From: Octopus vulgaris | Taxonomy: Eukaryota | DNA: 64,000 nucleotides | Direction of reading: 5' to 3' | NCBI GenBank assembly: GCA_951406725.2 | Contig: OX597823.1 | Location: forward strand, 57,164,001 to 57,228,000 | Part shown: positions 1 to 13,774 of the stretch, piece by piece | Layout: every line of letters starts with the position of its first letter | How positions within the stretch are numbered: position 1 is the first letter of the stretch | The notes under the pieces: generated by a model | The model's input: only the letters and a program-made list of their open reading frames with translations | Databases searched by the model: none | What the model was told of the DNA's origin: nothing | Program-made: the position numbers and the translations under genes

Positions 1-26
1 ACACTGGGACACGCTTTGAGAAATTG

Positions 27-886
27 TATTCAAAATACAAAATACAAAGACAAAGAAACTGACAAAAAAATGGGTCAAAAAATGATCAGATAATAAGGTA
101 GAAGTGCCAAACAGAAGTAAAATTAAATTAAGCATTTAGTGGAAATAAAATGATAAAGTAGTGAAGACTAACCATTTCAGTACTTATAAACTGCTTCTTT
201 CTTTCTGTGAAGGATCTAAATTACCTTCTGTCTCTACACTCGAATCAGCCTCTATTTAAAGTTAAAATTGTACATGCTTTTTGTGTCTAAAGAAGTTAGT
301 ATTAGTGTAATAGAGAAGCTAACAAATTTACACAATACCTATTTCTTTATTACCCACAAGGGGCTAAACACAGAGGGAACAAACAAGGACAGACATAGGT
401 ATTAAGTCGATTACATCGACCCCAGTTCGTAACTGGTACTTAATTTATCGACCCCGAAAGAATGAAAGGCAAAGTCGACCTCGGCGGAATTTGAACTCAC
501 AACGTAACGCAGACGAAATACCGCTAAGCATTTCGCCCGACGTGCTAACGTTTCTGTCAGCTCGCCGCCTTATTTTACACAATACCGAATCAGATATGTC
601 CCCATGATCGTGTAGAATATATATGAGGCAAAGAATGAATACATTAATGAAGTAGAGGATTAAATCTTGTCTTAATAGTGTAGCGTTGGATTCAATTGAA
701 TATTTACGTGGGATGTACATAAGCTACTGTTGTACTTATTGATGAGTTATTTAATAAAGGGTTGACGAAATGATATATTAAAATTTATGTTCAAGTACGG
801 TATATGTCGACCAGTTATATACTTCGAAATAGTTAATATCAGTACTGATCCAAATTCATAGGATTGGTATGGTTACACACACACAC

Positions 887-927
<41 letters not shown>

Positions 928-1375
928 AATATATACGACTCTATAACACTGTCTCTCTCTCCTACATTTCTCTGCCATTCACACTTTGCACGCTACTTTG
1001 ATCTGTCTCTTTCTCTCTCTCTCTCTCTCTCTCTACCTCTCCTCCTCCTTTTCTCTTTTCTTGCCTCTAATTCTTTGGTCTACTCTTCCCCCACTCTCTC
1101 ACATTTCTCTGTCTTTCTCACTTTGCACCTCACTGATTCTGTCGCCAAGCCAATCCTTGGCACGCTCTCTTTCTTCTCCTCTCTTTAATTCCTTCTTTCT
1201 CTCTCTTCTCCCCCCTTTGGTGCCTTCGTCCCTCTTTTTCTCTCTCTCTTTGATTCCTTTGCCCCCTTTTTTTCTCTCTCTTCTCCTCTCACGTGACCGC
1301 TAGTCAGCCAGCCTTTCGGCTTCTGACCAGCGCCACGAGAACATCGTTGTCTTCGTCTGCCGAAAAAGGCATTTT
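27..1375 (+). repeat. Local duplication, copy 1 (~1.35 kb; copy 2 at 13913-15256)
   Basis: Matches by eye from TATTCAAAATACAAAATAC to CCGAAAAAGGCATTTT. About ten substitutions plus microsatellite length differences; flanks differ on both sides. Confidence 0.95.
340..573 (-). mobile_element. tRNA-derived SINE family A, full length
   Basis: Minus strand begins AAGGCGGCGAGCTGACAGAAACGTTAGC, with B-box-like GTTCAAATTCC and conserved body GAGGTCGACTTTGCCTTTCAT...GGGGTCGATAAATTAAGTACCAG. Flanked by direct repeat TTTACACAATACC (327-339 / 574-586). More than ten related copies in the window. Confidence 0.9.
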
Positions 1376-1514
1376 AGCCTCGTCTGAAGTGACTGAAAAT
1401 TCCCTCTTAAGCACAGCACACGGGAGCGATCTTTGTATTTCTTCAAACGGAATGGCGTGTAGATAGATAAGTTATACGAACATATTTAAATAGATGCATA
1501 TATACATACATTTG

Positions 1515-1692
<178 letters not shown>

Positions 1693-2130
1693 AAACATGA
1701 ATATATAAATATGAAAATATATAACATATAGATATGTGTATTTGTGCATATTGAATATATATTTGAATATTTTGTATACTTTCACGTATTTCTATGCATA
1801 TCACACACATACACACACACACACAATACATACACACACACATGTATATATATGAGCTTATATATGCATTTATGTGCGTGCGTGTGAGTATCATATTCAT
1901 AAATATGTAGAAAAAGAGAGAGAGAGAGAGAGAGAAAGAAAGACAGAGAGAGACAGAGAGACAGAAAGAGAGTGAAAATTTGGCGTGGAGGGGAGAGGAT
2001 AATGGACGGATAAAAGAAATAAATACATGGAGAGGAATGCACAGGGTAAGCACATAGACACACACACACACATATATATATATGTGTATATATATGTATT
2101 TATATATATGGATATACATACATATATCCA

Positions 2131-2174
<44 letters not shown>

Positions 2175-2697
2175 ATTTATTTATATTTATATACATTTTT
2201 TACACAAGCACACTCGCACACATGCATGTATATACACACATACACAAATACAAACATTTATATACATGTGTGCGTATACATTTATGTATGCATGCATGCA
2301 TGCTTACATAATATATGTGTGTGTGTGTGTCCGTGGGCGCGGTGTACGCTCGTATGTATAACAGCCACACGTACCTGCCCCGCGCCCCCAATTATATAGA
2401 TAGTATGGACTAAAACTGATGGACGAAACAGATATGTCGCTTAATTATAATTGTGCCTCTATGCTTATTGACTTCATTCATGTTTCTCGATGTTTCTTCT
2501 TTCTAATTACTTCAGAAGTTAGTCACTTCATCTCACTATCTTGTCAATCATACCACTTAATTTCGATGGTCAACAGCTTTAATCCTTTTCTCTCTTTCTT
2601 TCTTTCATTTTCCTTTTTCTTTCTTTCTTTCTTTCTTCTTTTAGTCTTTAGTGTTCAATACCTTCGCCATTCTTTTCCTTTTCAGTCAACATTAACC

Positions 2698-2817
2698 CTT
2701 CTTCTTCTTCTTCTTCTTCTTCTTCTTCTTCTTCTTCTTCTTCTTCTTCTTCTTCTTCTTCTTCTTCTTCTTCTTCTTCTTCTTCTTCTTCTTCTTCTTC
2801 TTCTTCTTCTTCTTCTT

Positions 2818-2900
<83 letters not shown>
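2698..2900. repeat. Compound (CTT)n-(ATT)n microsatellite
   Basis: Directly visible. Confidence 0.97.
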
Positions 2901-3261
2901 CTTTTTTTCTTCTTTCAAATTTGCTTCCATTTCTTGCCAAGTGTCTTCCCGACTCCTAGGGCACAGAAACTCATAGTATACATTAGTAGGCCATTAAGCT
3001 AAACTCACTAGTTCATTCACTTAAAAAAAATTTTTTTTAAAGTTAAATTAAAATACATGGGTAGTAATAGTTCTCACATCGACAATGATCTTCTCAATAC
3101 GTGTGATGTACAAGTTAAGACAATCTTTTACACTTCTTGCAGGGATGGTAAGCCAGGGATCATTCTCATATAATTTTCGGTTCCCTTCTTGATCATTCCT
3201 AGTGCTCCTACGATCACTGGTATTGCAACCGCCTTGAGATGCCACATTTTCTCAGTTTCAA

Positions 3262-3262
<1 letters not shown>
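2901..3262 (-). mobile_element. Dong/R4-like non-LTR retrotransposon, 3' fragment (family 1)
   Basis: Minus strand reads IETEKMWHLKAVAIPVIVGALGMIKKGTENYMRMIPGLPSLQEV*KIVLTCTSHVLRRSLSM*, the C-terminus of an REL-endonuclease ORF, followed by a 3' UTR. Bounded by (TTA)n on both sides. Confidence 0.8.
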
Positions 3263-3325
<63 letters not shown>

Positions 3326-3328
<3 letters not shown>

Positions 3329-3741
3329 TAGTTTTATTTTTATAGCGTGCTTTCACTTCACTACCGAGCGCAGCTCTGTGTGCCTTGGGTATGTGCTGTG
3401 ATTTGTTGTGATGCTCTGATGGTTATTGTATGGAAAGTGTTCTGCGTAGGATGTGTGCAGTGCCTAGTAGTGCAATTTTCTGTATGTTATATGTGTTTGT
3501 AAGTCCTGGTGTTTTTGTTATGTATTTGTCTGAATATTTTTTTATCATGCCTAATGCACCTACTATGATAGGAATTGTTTCTGTTTTCAGATTCCACATT
3601 CTAGTTACCTCTATTTCCAGGTCTTTGTATTTTGAGAGTTTCTCCATTTCTTTTAGAGACACGTTGTCATCAGCCGGTATTGATACATCAATTAGAAAGC
3701 ATTTTTTTTCTTCATGATCTCTGACAACTATATCTGGTCTG

Positions 3742-3743
<2 letters not shown>
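3326..3743 (-). mobile_element. Dong/R4-like non-LTR retrotransposon, 3' fragment (family 2) with REL endonuclease motif
   Basis: Open frame NRPDIVVRDHEEKKCFLIDVSIPADDNVSLKEMEKLSKYKDLEIEVTRMW...PIIVGALG...LLGTAHILRRTLSIQ* carries the PD...D restriction-like endonuclease motif. Short 3' UTR; flanked by (TTA)n. Confidence 0.88.
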
Positions 3744-3804
<61 letters not shown>

Positions 3805-3864
3805 TATTTCTTCTTCGTTTTCTTCCTCCATTGCTGTACATTTTACATATTGCTGCTGCTGCTG

Positions 3865-3931
<67 letters not shown>

Positions 3932-4485
3932 GTTTCCTCCTACGATTCTTATCTATCTTTCCATTTTCTTTCCCTCCTATCACTTGCTTTCTTTTACGTT
4001 TTCGTTTGTTCATTTCTTAGCATCTTCACCACCATTCTTATCTATGCAAGCGAAAAACAAGAGATGCCAAGCGAAGATCAATGTGGTATAGAGATGTGAG
4101 GAGGCTAGATACACAGTAAGGAAATTAAGTGAATCCAGTGTGTTTGTGCTGTTGCTGTTGCTGTTGTTTCAGTTCGGGTTTGGGTTCCACCCAATGTCAA
4201 CTCTTTTCGAGCAGTTATCTGATGAAAGACCGTTTAGAGGTGACCACATCACGTCGTATAGAAGTTGGTGCTTTAATGTGCATTTGATTTAATTAAGGCA
4301 GCAGTTTAATGATTTGAGTGTAATTTGGTTCATATTTGTAAAACGCCGAACGATTACATACAAACCTGGATACATAAAAAAACAAGTGTGCATAATATAT
4401 AATTTCATTATAACATATATAATACATACATACGTACACACACATATACATATACATATAAATACACACACACACACACACACAC

Positions 4486-4539
<54 letters not shown>

Positions 4540-4877
4540 TATAATAGTAATCTTTTTAATGTTTAAATTGATCTACATATCCTTCTTAACTAACATGGTT
4601 ATGCTGTCCTTTTCTGAAATTTTTCAAAGTAAGAACTTCATTTCAAGGTGTTATTATAATCAATGGTATTGTATCCTGTGGTAAGTAAAGTCACTCTCAG
4701 GAGATATATCCGTCGGCTGCGTTTTACATCGTGTTTCCATAATACTCCCCCTGTACCTAGTATTCAATTGCAATATTGTCATGCAGTAGTAAGCACTTGG
4801 TTAAAAATATGTTGGTATACATCCAGTAGTATATTGGATATTCAATATCTATTAGATGGTTTATTAACCTCTAACTC

Positions 4878-4955
<78 letters not shown>

Positions 4956-4975
4956 CTTAATGCATCTATATCTAT

Positions 4976-5922
4976 GAACAGGCGGGCCTGGACGTCGACG
5001 AGGAGTACCTGACCCGCCTGTTCAGGACGACTTTCGGGCCAGGGCCCATGGACAACTTCCAGAGATCCCTGGCCTGGCAGTGCTACCGAGAAGCGCTACC
5101 CGTTCGGGATAAGCTCTACAGACACGGCTCGAGAAACACGGGGCCGACCTGCCCGAGATGCGGGCAGAGCGACGAAACCGTTCTGCACGCACTCGTGCAG
5201 TGTCCAACAATTTCCGACCTGTGGGCTTGTGTCGAACAACTGCTGTCACGTGTGGGACGAGTCGGTTTATCAGCTGAGTCTATCGTTAATATTGTCACGC
5301 CTCCCTCCTTCAAACGGGAAGGAAGAGCTATTTTCATCATCCTTGTGGCTATGGCGAAAGAATGTATCTGGTGGACGCGTCTGAAAGGATTGGAGACAAA
5401 CACTTTCCTCTCTGGTCAATCTCTCATCAACTTCTTCAAGTACCACTTGAAAAGGAAAGTGAGAGTAGAGAGGCAAGTTTTGTCTAGCGAATGTTTTAAA
5501 AAAAGATGGGTGAATGTAGCAAGAATGGCACGTATGAATGACGAAGCCACCTTGAGCATGATCCTATGAACCCAGAAATTGAAAACAGAGAGTTGCTTAT
5601 TTGCAAAAAAAAAGAAAAAGAAATATAACATGTGACTCCATTGACCGAGGTTACCGTGGTCTTTTCCGTAGGCTTTTCTTTCACGGGTAAACCTCACCTG
5701 TCCTCCCCTTTACACTTCATATTGACATTTCTGTGATAACGATCCCTATTGATCAATTTTTTTTTTCCTCTCCCCCTTTTTTTAACCCCCCTTTTTTTGT
5801 CCTCTTTCTCTCCTTTTACGATCCCTTTTGATCGAAACTCCCCCTTCCTTTTTTTTCAAAAGAAAAGCTCTACCTTGTAATTTGTTCTATCTGTGTGCAG
5901 CCCTGTGTGGCTAATAAAGAAA
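4976..5922 (+). mobile_element. 5'-truncated Tx1/L1-clade LINE (ORF2 C-terminal zinc finger and 3' UTR)
   Basis: Uninterrupted frame 4976-5569 containing CPRCGQSDETVLHALVQC (CCHC, zf-RVT type). GC-rich relative to flanks, pyrimidine-rich 3' UTR, AATAAA at 5913, then (TCTA)n. Confidence 0.88.
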
Positions 5923-5924
5923 CA

Positions 5925-6032
<108 letters not shown>

Positions 6033-8304
6033 TATATACACACATGTATACGGACATACATTTATATATATTATATATCATAATAATATGTATGTATTTA
6101 TGTATGTCTATATGTATTTGCAAAGGGAGGATGACCTCCTTTTGCAAATACCGATAGGGCACAGAAAGTGTGCCTATAGCCAGCTGGAGGAGATGTTCTC
6201 CTGGGGCTACAAGCTACAGTAACATCCACCCTTAGTGGTTCGCCATATTGAGATGGCAAATATATCTCACATTGTCGTGCAGTTACTGTCTATACCTCGT
6301 TCAGAGATTTATTATTTATTGCATATATATTATGCAGTAAAACCTGCAATCTGCGACAGTCAATAAAATCTATCTTAAAATTCCTTTATTTTGTGAGGCC
6401 CGGTTGTGGATGATCCACGGCTCACTGGTTGTGGACTCTTGTCATAGCGTATTCCTTATTGCTTCAAATGTTTGTGTTTGCATTTCTATGTGTGTATTAG
6501 TGCGTGTATATTTTCGCTATTGTGAGTGAGAACGCGAGGATAAAATACCTTCTTTATTCATTATGAAATAATTAATAGCAACGCAAGTCTTTTGTAGAAT
6601 TTCAACTAAGAACCTAGCGATGGCGGTTAAAAGAAAATGTGTTGTCGGCAATGGTCGTGCATCACAAGTTTTTAGATGACCACTATTCGCATACATATCA
6701 ATCGTAGTTCTTGGTTGATACTTATTTCATCTATCATCATCTCTTTTTGTACGATGAGAGGCAGAATCAACCGCGTTGATATTTGAACTTATAACATTAA
6801 TGGAGCAATAGTAATATACAAAAAAAGGCCATTAGTTACACAGCATTTCCAACGTATAAGACCCTTAGGTGGTTCGTAATCAATCCTACTTGTGGCGATT
6901 GGTTCTTCTAATTTGCATCACAACAATGAGCCGCTCTTTGATACTTTCGGCTCAAGGGCCAACCAGTTAACTTTCAGGAGAGTTATCTCAACTTCCACAT
7001 TGGTCAAACCGGCTGCCAACGGACATTTATTTTCGGTGATGCAAAAACCTATTCCCATGCATACCTTTGCTTCTCACAAATATGTAAAACGGAAGAAGCA
7101 CAATCTCCTCACCTTAAATCGATGCAGTAGAGTAGCTCTTTATCGCACTTTCAATGAGGAATCTAAAATCGGGATACCGTGTGTTTGTTGCTATGCAATA
7201 TATTAAAACACTTCAATTCACACCCTCTCTACCAATCTATCTCACAGATAGCCAGGAGGTAATAAAATTAGCAAATTAAATGACTTAACTGAGAGTCGAA
7301 CCTACATTACTATCTCAGTTTGAGGTCATTGTACTTATTCGCAATCTACAACACTTCACAGTGAGCAAATAATATCCATTTACTTAATTTAAAGCGTAAA
7401 TGTTGCACTTGTCTCTTTAGCAAATTCTATAAGTGCTCGGTCACCACTTGTTTTGTAGAATTTTCCAGCAGTATATTATGGTGGTTTGAGATTACATCAT
7501 TAAAATAATGTAGCAGAATATGTATATGATATGTTTTCTTTTAAATATGGAATCATCATAAAATAGATAGATAAACATAATATCGATATAGTGATATGAT
7601 ATCATCTTATATCCTATGACAAGTTATGGAAATTCAATGTAAAAATGAAACAGAAACCTTACATAAGTATGGCAAAGGTTTTATCATATATTATTTTCCA
7701 GCAAGAAGGAAAGAGGTGGAGAGGGAGATATTGAGTGCGTATACACACACACATACACATACACACACATGTATGTATGTATTATGTATGTACGTATGTG
7801 TGTGTGTGTGTGTGTGTGTGGTATGTGTATATCCAAGGAGGTTAATAATGGTATGCGTCAGCAGGCTATTACTAATCTCCTTCGATAATACATACATATG
7901 TATTGGATATACATATATTTAACAGAAATTGTATTTATTGCTAAAGCTCTAAGTTTCTTAAATATGTGTGCTGTTAGCTGAGTGTTCGTAGTTTCTGGGA
8001 AAAGTTTTACATAAGAGAGCGGGAAACGTTTTCTTCGTTCCCATTCCATAATAACTTGCGACAATGGAGAATGATGCAGATAGTTTTAAAGTTTTACAGG
8101 TAGAGCATATCGGGGGTTATAAAATGGAAGACGATTTGGAAATGGGAAAAGAATAAGAGTGATAAAGCAGTAGGGGTTTAAATAACGGGAAGGAATAATC
8201 GCTTTAAAGAAGACATTGTGTTATGTTTTCGTTGTTGTTGTTGACTAGATCAGTTATTGCGTCATGAAGCTTGTTATTGTCTGTATTCAGATGTGAGTAC
8301 ATAA

Positions 8305-8578
8305 TCGGTACTCAATCAGCTATGATGACGATTGTTACAGATGATCAGATCAACGGAACAGCCTGCTAACAAAATAAACTTCTAAAAATCTGAGCACGCC
8401 GCAGATACACTTGGCCTTAATGAAGTTCTCAGTGAGATTCACCACGATGCAGAATACATCATGGCTGGCCCTTTGAATGACAGGTACCACTCATTTCTGT
8501 CAGTTGAGTGGACTGGAGCATTTTTGGGAATCGAACTCACACACTTACGATCGTGAGCAGAATATTCTAACCACTAAT
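8305..8578 (-). mobile_element. tRNA-derived SINE family C, degenerate
   Basis: Shares ATCAACGGAACAGCCTGCT, GGCCC-TTTGAA, TGAGTGGACTGGAGCA and GGGAATCGAAC with the copy at 48770-49492. Confidence 0.7.
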
Positions 8579-9119
8579 GCCTTTACTTATACTTCATACT
8601 CCTATAATGAAGCACACACACACAAAAAAAAAAATGATGGCTGCAACTCGATTTCGAGTCATGACATCGCTTCATTGTTCTTTTATATATGAGTAACACG
8701 GATATGGATTTTTATTCCTGCTGGTGTCCTTTTCCACTCTTTTGCACAGATGTGACAACGATGGGAGCAACATGTAGCAGGTGTTATAATAGCTTACCAG
8801 ACATGCAAACGCAGGATCTCATTGCATCATGGAATGTGTCATTGGGAGTTTTGCCTTTCTCGATTACAGCCAGCCGTATTATACAACTTATAATAGAGAT
8901 GTTTATAGATATGTTAAAAATCAAGCGATGCTTTGTGCCTAAATCTTTTCGATGGGAAGAAAGAGCTTGCACAGAGTTAATCCCACTATCTAGACACCAT
9001 ATCCTCACCTAAATCCACTAAACTGACAACCTCACTCGATCTCCCTATTGCCTCCGTCTTCGACTTGCCTAGCTATCTCCGCTCTAAGTACCTTGACACA
9101 TGGGTATTCGACAGTACAG

Positions 9120-9259
9120 TACAGCCGTTTTTGTACCGCACTTTCCGTACAGCCATTTCCTTGGAGCCGTTTACGTAAAGCTATTTTGCCATATCCGTTT
9201 TCGTGCAGTCGTCTTCGTACAGCTGTTTTGCAGTGGCCATTTTGGCATGGCTCTCTTGG
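9120..9259 (+). repeat. Degenerate 14-bp tandem array (10 units, consensus about TACAGCCGTTTTGG)
   Basis: Units tacagccgtttttg / taccgcactttccg / tacagccatttcct / tggagccgtttacg / taaagctattttgc / catatccgttttcg / tgcagtcgtcttcg / tacagctgttttgc / agtggccattttgg / catggctctcttgg hold exact 14-nt register. Confidence 0.8.
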
Positions 9260-9336
9260 CGTCGTTGATTCATTGCTGTATTATTTGACAGCAAGCATTT
9301 TAACGTGTCTCTCGTTCTCTATCTCTCTCTCTCTCA

Positions 9337-9375
<39 letters not shown>

Positions 9376-9488
9376 CTCTCTCTTACACACACACACTCAC
9401 ACACTTTCTGTCTCTGTTTACGTGTGTGTATGTGTGCATCAAATTATGTTTCTTTGCAGGTGTAACGACCCTCATCCCCCTTCTATCC

Positions 9489-9546
<58 letters not shown>

Positions 9547-10146
9547 TTCCCTCTTTTTCTATGTGCATCTGTATATCTCTGCACGAACGTGTATGTGTTT
9601 ATCACCAGTGACTAAACGTACTGTCACCAAAACAGGATGAATGTCCAGTCAACCGGGCCAAATCGCCAGCACCAAAACAGCTGCGCCCAGTCATCTCTTT
9701 AACACGCTGCTACCATTACATTCATATTTTCCAAGAAACCCCGCAATCTTTCCTAGAGACAAGCGAACAGATGCAGCATGGCCGAAGTGTAACGAAATGC
9801 ATTTTGCTGACATATGGTCCAACGTTCCATCATACTTTCGCGAGAGCCCTTAACCAAATCTTCATGTCCTCTCTAGAAATTGGATAAAGACAGTGTGAAA
9901 GATGGATACTATATATATATGATTCAAAGATGCACGATGTTCCATGCTGATTTTGATTGAAGACTATTTTAAGGGTACGTCTGCCCGTGGAATACTCAGT
10001 CACTTGTGTGCTAATTGAACAACTGAATACTCATCTTTGAATCTCACGAAAATCCATTTACTGGCACTCTTGTGTACATGTAAGTGCACGTCGGTGTACA
10101 TGTAAGTGTGTGTGTGTATGTGAATATAAATAGATAGATGCATGTG

Positions 10147-10177
<31 letters not shown>

Positions 10178-11544
10178 GTGTGTGTGCGTGTGTGTGTATA
10201 CGCATATATTGTAAATAATATTGGACGGCTGGGGTTTCCTTTAAGTATTTTATAGTTCTTTAGATATCTATAAATTAAATAATTGTTATTGTTTTCCCAC
10301 ACACACACACACACATACGCACAGATACACGCACACACATATACACAAATAAACAGACAAATTGGCGGACGGACAACTTGAGCGCTGTGATCAATAAATG
10401 CAGGAGAGGGGAAGATATCGTCAAAGTGTATCGGGAGAAAGTGAAAGTGGACGATTAACGAAAGCAGTGCAAAAGAGGAAAGGGAAAGAAAGTATGGTAA
10501 GATAGGAAAAAAAAAAATTTTTTTAAGTCTATTGATGTTGTTTAAAGTTATTTATAAAATCTCGATTAATGAGATTTGGGTATTATTTAAATCAATTCAA
10601 TTCACGACTATTTATTTGACGTTGTATATAGAAACGTCTGGGCGTACAAAAAGTAATTTTTAAGGGACGTTTTTATATGCTCAATATAAACATTCAAAGA
10701 CTAATTTATACTATTTAATTTTGAATTAAGAATATCGATAATTATAGTTGTGATTTAATTAGCATTCGATTATGAAGTAGAGGATGCTAATAGTTTAAAA
10801 TCAATTTGTTTCTTACTTGGTCCGGTGCATCAATTCAAAAAGCAATATTCCGAGCTACAGAAGTATTTTGGAAATTGGAAATTTAAATTTCAAATATGGA
10901 AGGCTGTGTTTGCTATATTTGCAAAATATAAAGTTTTACGGTTTCAGAAGTGTCTTCAATAAACTCAGAGACTGAGTTCAAGGTGGTATATATTCAATAG
11001 TTGCAAAGGGTTTACTTAAGTAATTTACTTATTAGGGTTGAACAATATACTACTTCCAGGAAACAAGGGAGTATCGAGATATAAAAAAAAGAGAAAAGAA
11101 AATGAAAGATAATTACCGGAGATATATTCTAATACAGGGTGTTAGTTGAGATGGGGTGTCTGGTATGTCTGGGGTGTCTGGAAGGAATGGCACCTCTGAT
11201 GTAGGGAACACTTAACACTCATAGGACTGGCTCGTCCGCTTTGGTCTCTACCTGCCACCCAGCACTTACGTGTGGTTCAAAGTATCTGTTTGCATGCAAC
11301 GGAAGCCACATCCTGGTAAGCCGCTGCGACTTATAATAACTTAAACAAGAAGAGGGTATCTAAAGGGCATGTAACTCTTGGTTGATTTAGGAATTGCCTA
11401 CCTATACGTATAACGACTGGATCGGGCAGACTCTGAGGAAGAAGCATTAACGTTCAACAAAGAGGAAGACGGCTGCAGCAACGCATGGGGGAGTGCAGGG
11501 AACAAGATAATGTAAAGCAAGACATCATAGTCAACCATTGTATC

Positions 11545-12290
11545 TACAAGGGGTGTTCGTTAGAGACTTCCCCTGACCCACTTCCCAAGAGCTGGGATAA
11601 ACGAAACTTGGCATAATTATCAATCCTTCTCTACATAGCCAACGCCAATGCTGACACACTTCCCCCATTGCTTTATGCAGCTATGAAGACCTCATATGTA
11701 GATATCGGTAGGTTGCGTCTGTGGCAAAGACCGTACCTAGGAAATAAGTTCTTCATCATCCAAAAAGTGCTTCCCATTCAAAAAGATTACATGGTTGGTA
11801 AGAGGTGGCAGTCAGATGGTACAAGTCTGGGAGAGTAAGGGGGATGTGGAAGGATTTCAGATTCGCAGGAGAGTACTTTCATCTGGGCGGGCAACATGCG
11901 CATTGTGAACTGGGGTGTTGTCTTGGAGGAAGCGTTCTCCTTTGGTCAGCATGCTATGCCTCTCTGCTTCGATAGCTTACCGCAATTTCTATAGCAGAGA
12001 AACATAATATGCCCCGTTAATTGTGGTGCCCTTTGTCAGAGCACCACCTTGCCTGCTGAGGGTTGGATACAAGCCTTCCTTGGAGGTGATGAGTTATCAT
12101 GCTTCCATTGCTTCGGCTGGACTTTAATGTCTGGATCACAGTGATGGACACATTACTCATCCTGTGTGATAAGTCTGACAAAAAAGTCCTCCTCTTCTTG
12201 GCACATTGCCAAAAGAGCCTGGTAGCAATTGACTCATTTCTGCTTCTGCAAAAGTGTGGTTGGTAAGCCACGCAAACACTCCTGGTCTTT
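11545..12290 (-). pseudogene. Decayed mariner transposase (3' half) with right end
   Basis: Minus-strand fragments QDE*CVHHCDP (DETW motif), LQDNTPVH (HDNARPH motif) and PHPPYSPRLVPSDCHL (YSPDLAPSD motif). TA-CAAGGGGTGTTC TIR-like end at 11545. Confidence 0.85.
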
Positions 12291-12541
12291 ATTTATTATT
12301 TTTTTGCCAAATAAACACATGCACTATAGATATTCTCGAGAATAGAGTAAATGGGGCAAGAACTCATACGAAAATGGAAAGTGTTGCTGAAGAGGACACA
12401 GACGTGTGACGAAAGATTTCCGGACAAAAGACATGAGTTAAAATAACAAAATAAGAACAGTAATAAACAAGTGAAGAAAAACTATTTATAGTGCATGTGT
12501 ATATTTGGAAAAAAAAGAAAAATAATAACTATCCCGAAGTG

Positions 12542-12589
<48 letters not shown>

Positions 12590-12599
12590 CACATGTACA

Positions 12600-12960
12600 T
12601 GGCTGTGTATATGCATATACATAGTGTTCAGGGTTCAGTCCCACTGCGTGGTAACTCGGGCATCTTCTACTAAGGATTGTGAAGGAATTTGGTAGATGGA
12701 AACTGAAAGAAGCCCATCGTGTATATGCGTGTGAGTGTGTGTCTACGTGTGTATTGTCTTTGTGTCTGTGTTTGTCCCCCATCACCGTTTTACAACCGGT
12801 ATTGGTGGGTTTACGTCCTCGTAAAATAGCGTTTCGGCAAAAGAAATGGTAGAATAAGTACCGAGCTTATAAAAGTCAGAAGTACTGGGTCAATTCTTTT
12901 GGCTATAAATCCAAGACGGTGCTCCAGCAAGGCAGTAGTCTAATGACTGAAACAAGTGCA
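12600..12960 (+). mobile_element. SINE family B, degenerate
   Basis: GGGTTCAGTCCCACTGCGTGG...GGAAACTGAAAGAAGCCC...GGTGCTCCAGCA...TGACTGAAACAAGT, as in 36541-36950. Confidence 0.85.
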
Positions 12961-13676
12961 TATATATATATATATAAGTGCTAGGGAACGAATGAATTAT
13001 CTTAATTATATTAAAGGATAAGAGCTAAGTGTCCTTATATTGCAGTGGGTAGGGAACAGAAGAAGGACGTGTGATAAAGATGGAGATACAAACGCAAAAG
13101 ATCAAAATAATCAGTGATGGATAAATAAGACATAAAAACTAAATAAGATGTAACACATAAATACTAAGATATATACGTGTTAAATAGAAAATTAAGTGAT
13201 TAAGAAAAGTATGTTAATATAGTGTGTAACTTCATATGTCTAGATGTGACATATTTATGTAGCTGCGAATAAATATATTCATGTATCTGTGAATAGAGAA
13301 AGAAAAAAAAAATTAACGCATACTAAATCATAAGTAGTCGTAAAAGCATTTTCATTTATAAAATAATATAGATGCTAAAAATACGGAAAAAATCCAGAAA
13401 AAGAAATATAAATATTCGTCACACAAAATGTATGTCATAAAGTATCACAGAATTTTACTTAAAAGAATATATTGCAAAACATCTGTGAAACGTACGTTCG
13501 GATACATTCAAATGAATAGTGGAGAATCAGAGACTTCTTTAAACACACACAACAACACACACACACACACAACACATACACATGCACACATACGCACTCA
13601 TGCACTAACACACACACACACACAAATACGCACACACACACACTAACACACATGATAGAAAGTGGACTTTATTCAG

Positions 13677-13774
13677 AATGACTACAATTGTTTCTACACA
13701 TTTTTACATTTGTTGCGATGTTGTGTAATCATTATCAACTATTCAAGGTGTAAAATGCCTTTCTTCAGGTGATT
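13677..13774 (-). ncRNA. Minimal type-I hammerhead ribozyme motif (Penelope-like remnant)
   Basis: Minus strand: AATCAC-CTGAAGA-aaggCATTTTACA...TGTAAAAATGtgta-GAAA-CAATTG-TA/GTCATT. Palindromic stem III, stem I with one mismatch, imperfect base of stem II; AATAAA just downstream. Confidence 0.6.

Noticed and set aside
445-720. 91-aa ORF repeated at 14330-14605
   Set aside because: Repeated only because of the local duplication; it spans SINE A and flank, with no protein features.
9120-9259. CRISPR-like periodicity
   Set aside because: No constant repeat with unique spacers, period only 14 bp, eukaryotic context, no cas genes.
12385-12425. CTGAAGA...GAAA hammerhead-like spacing
   Set aside because: Stem II base and stems I and III do not pair convincingly.
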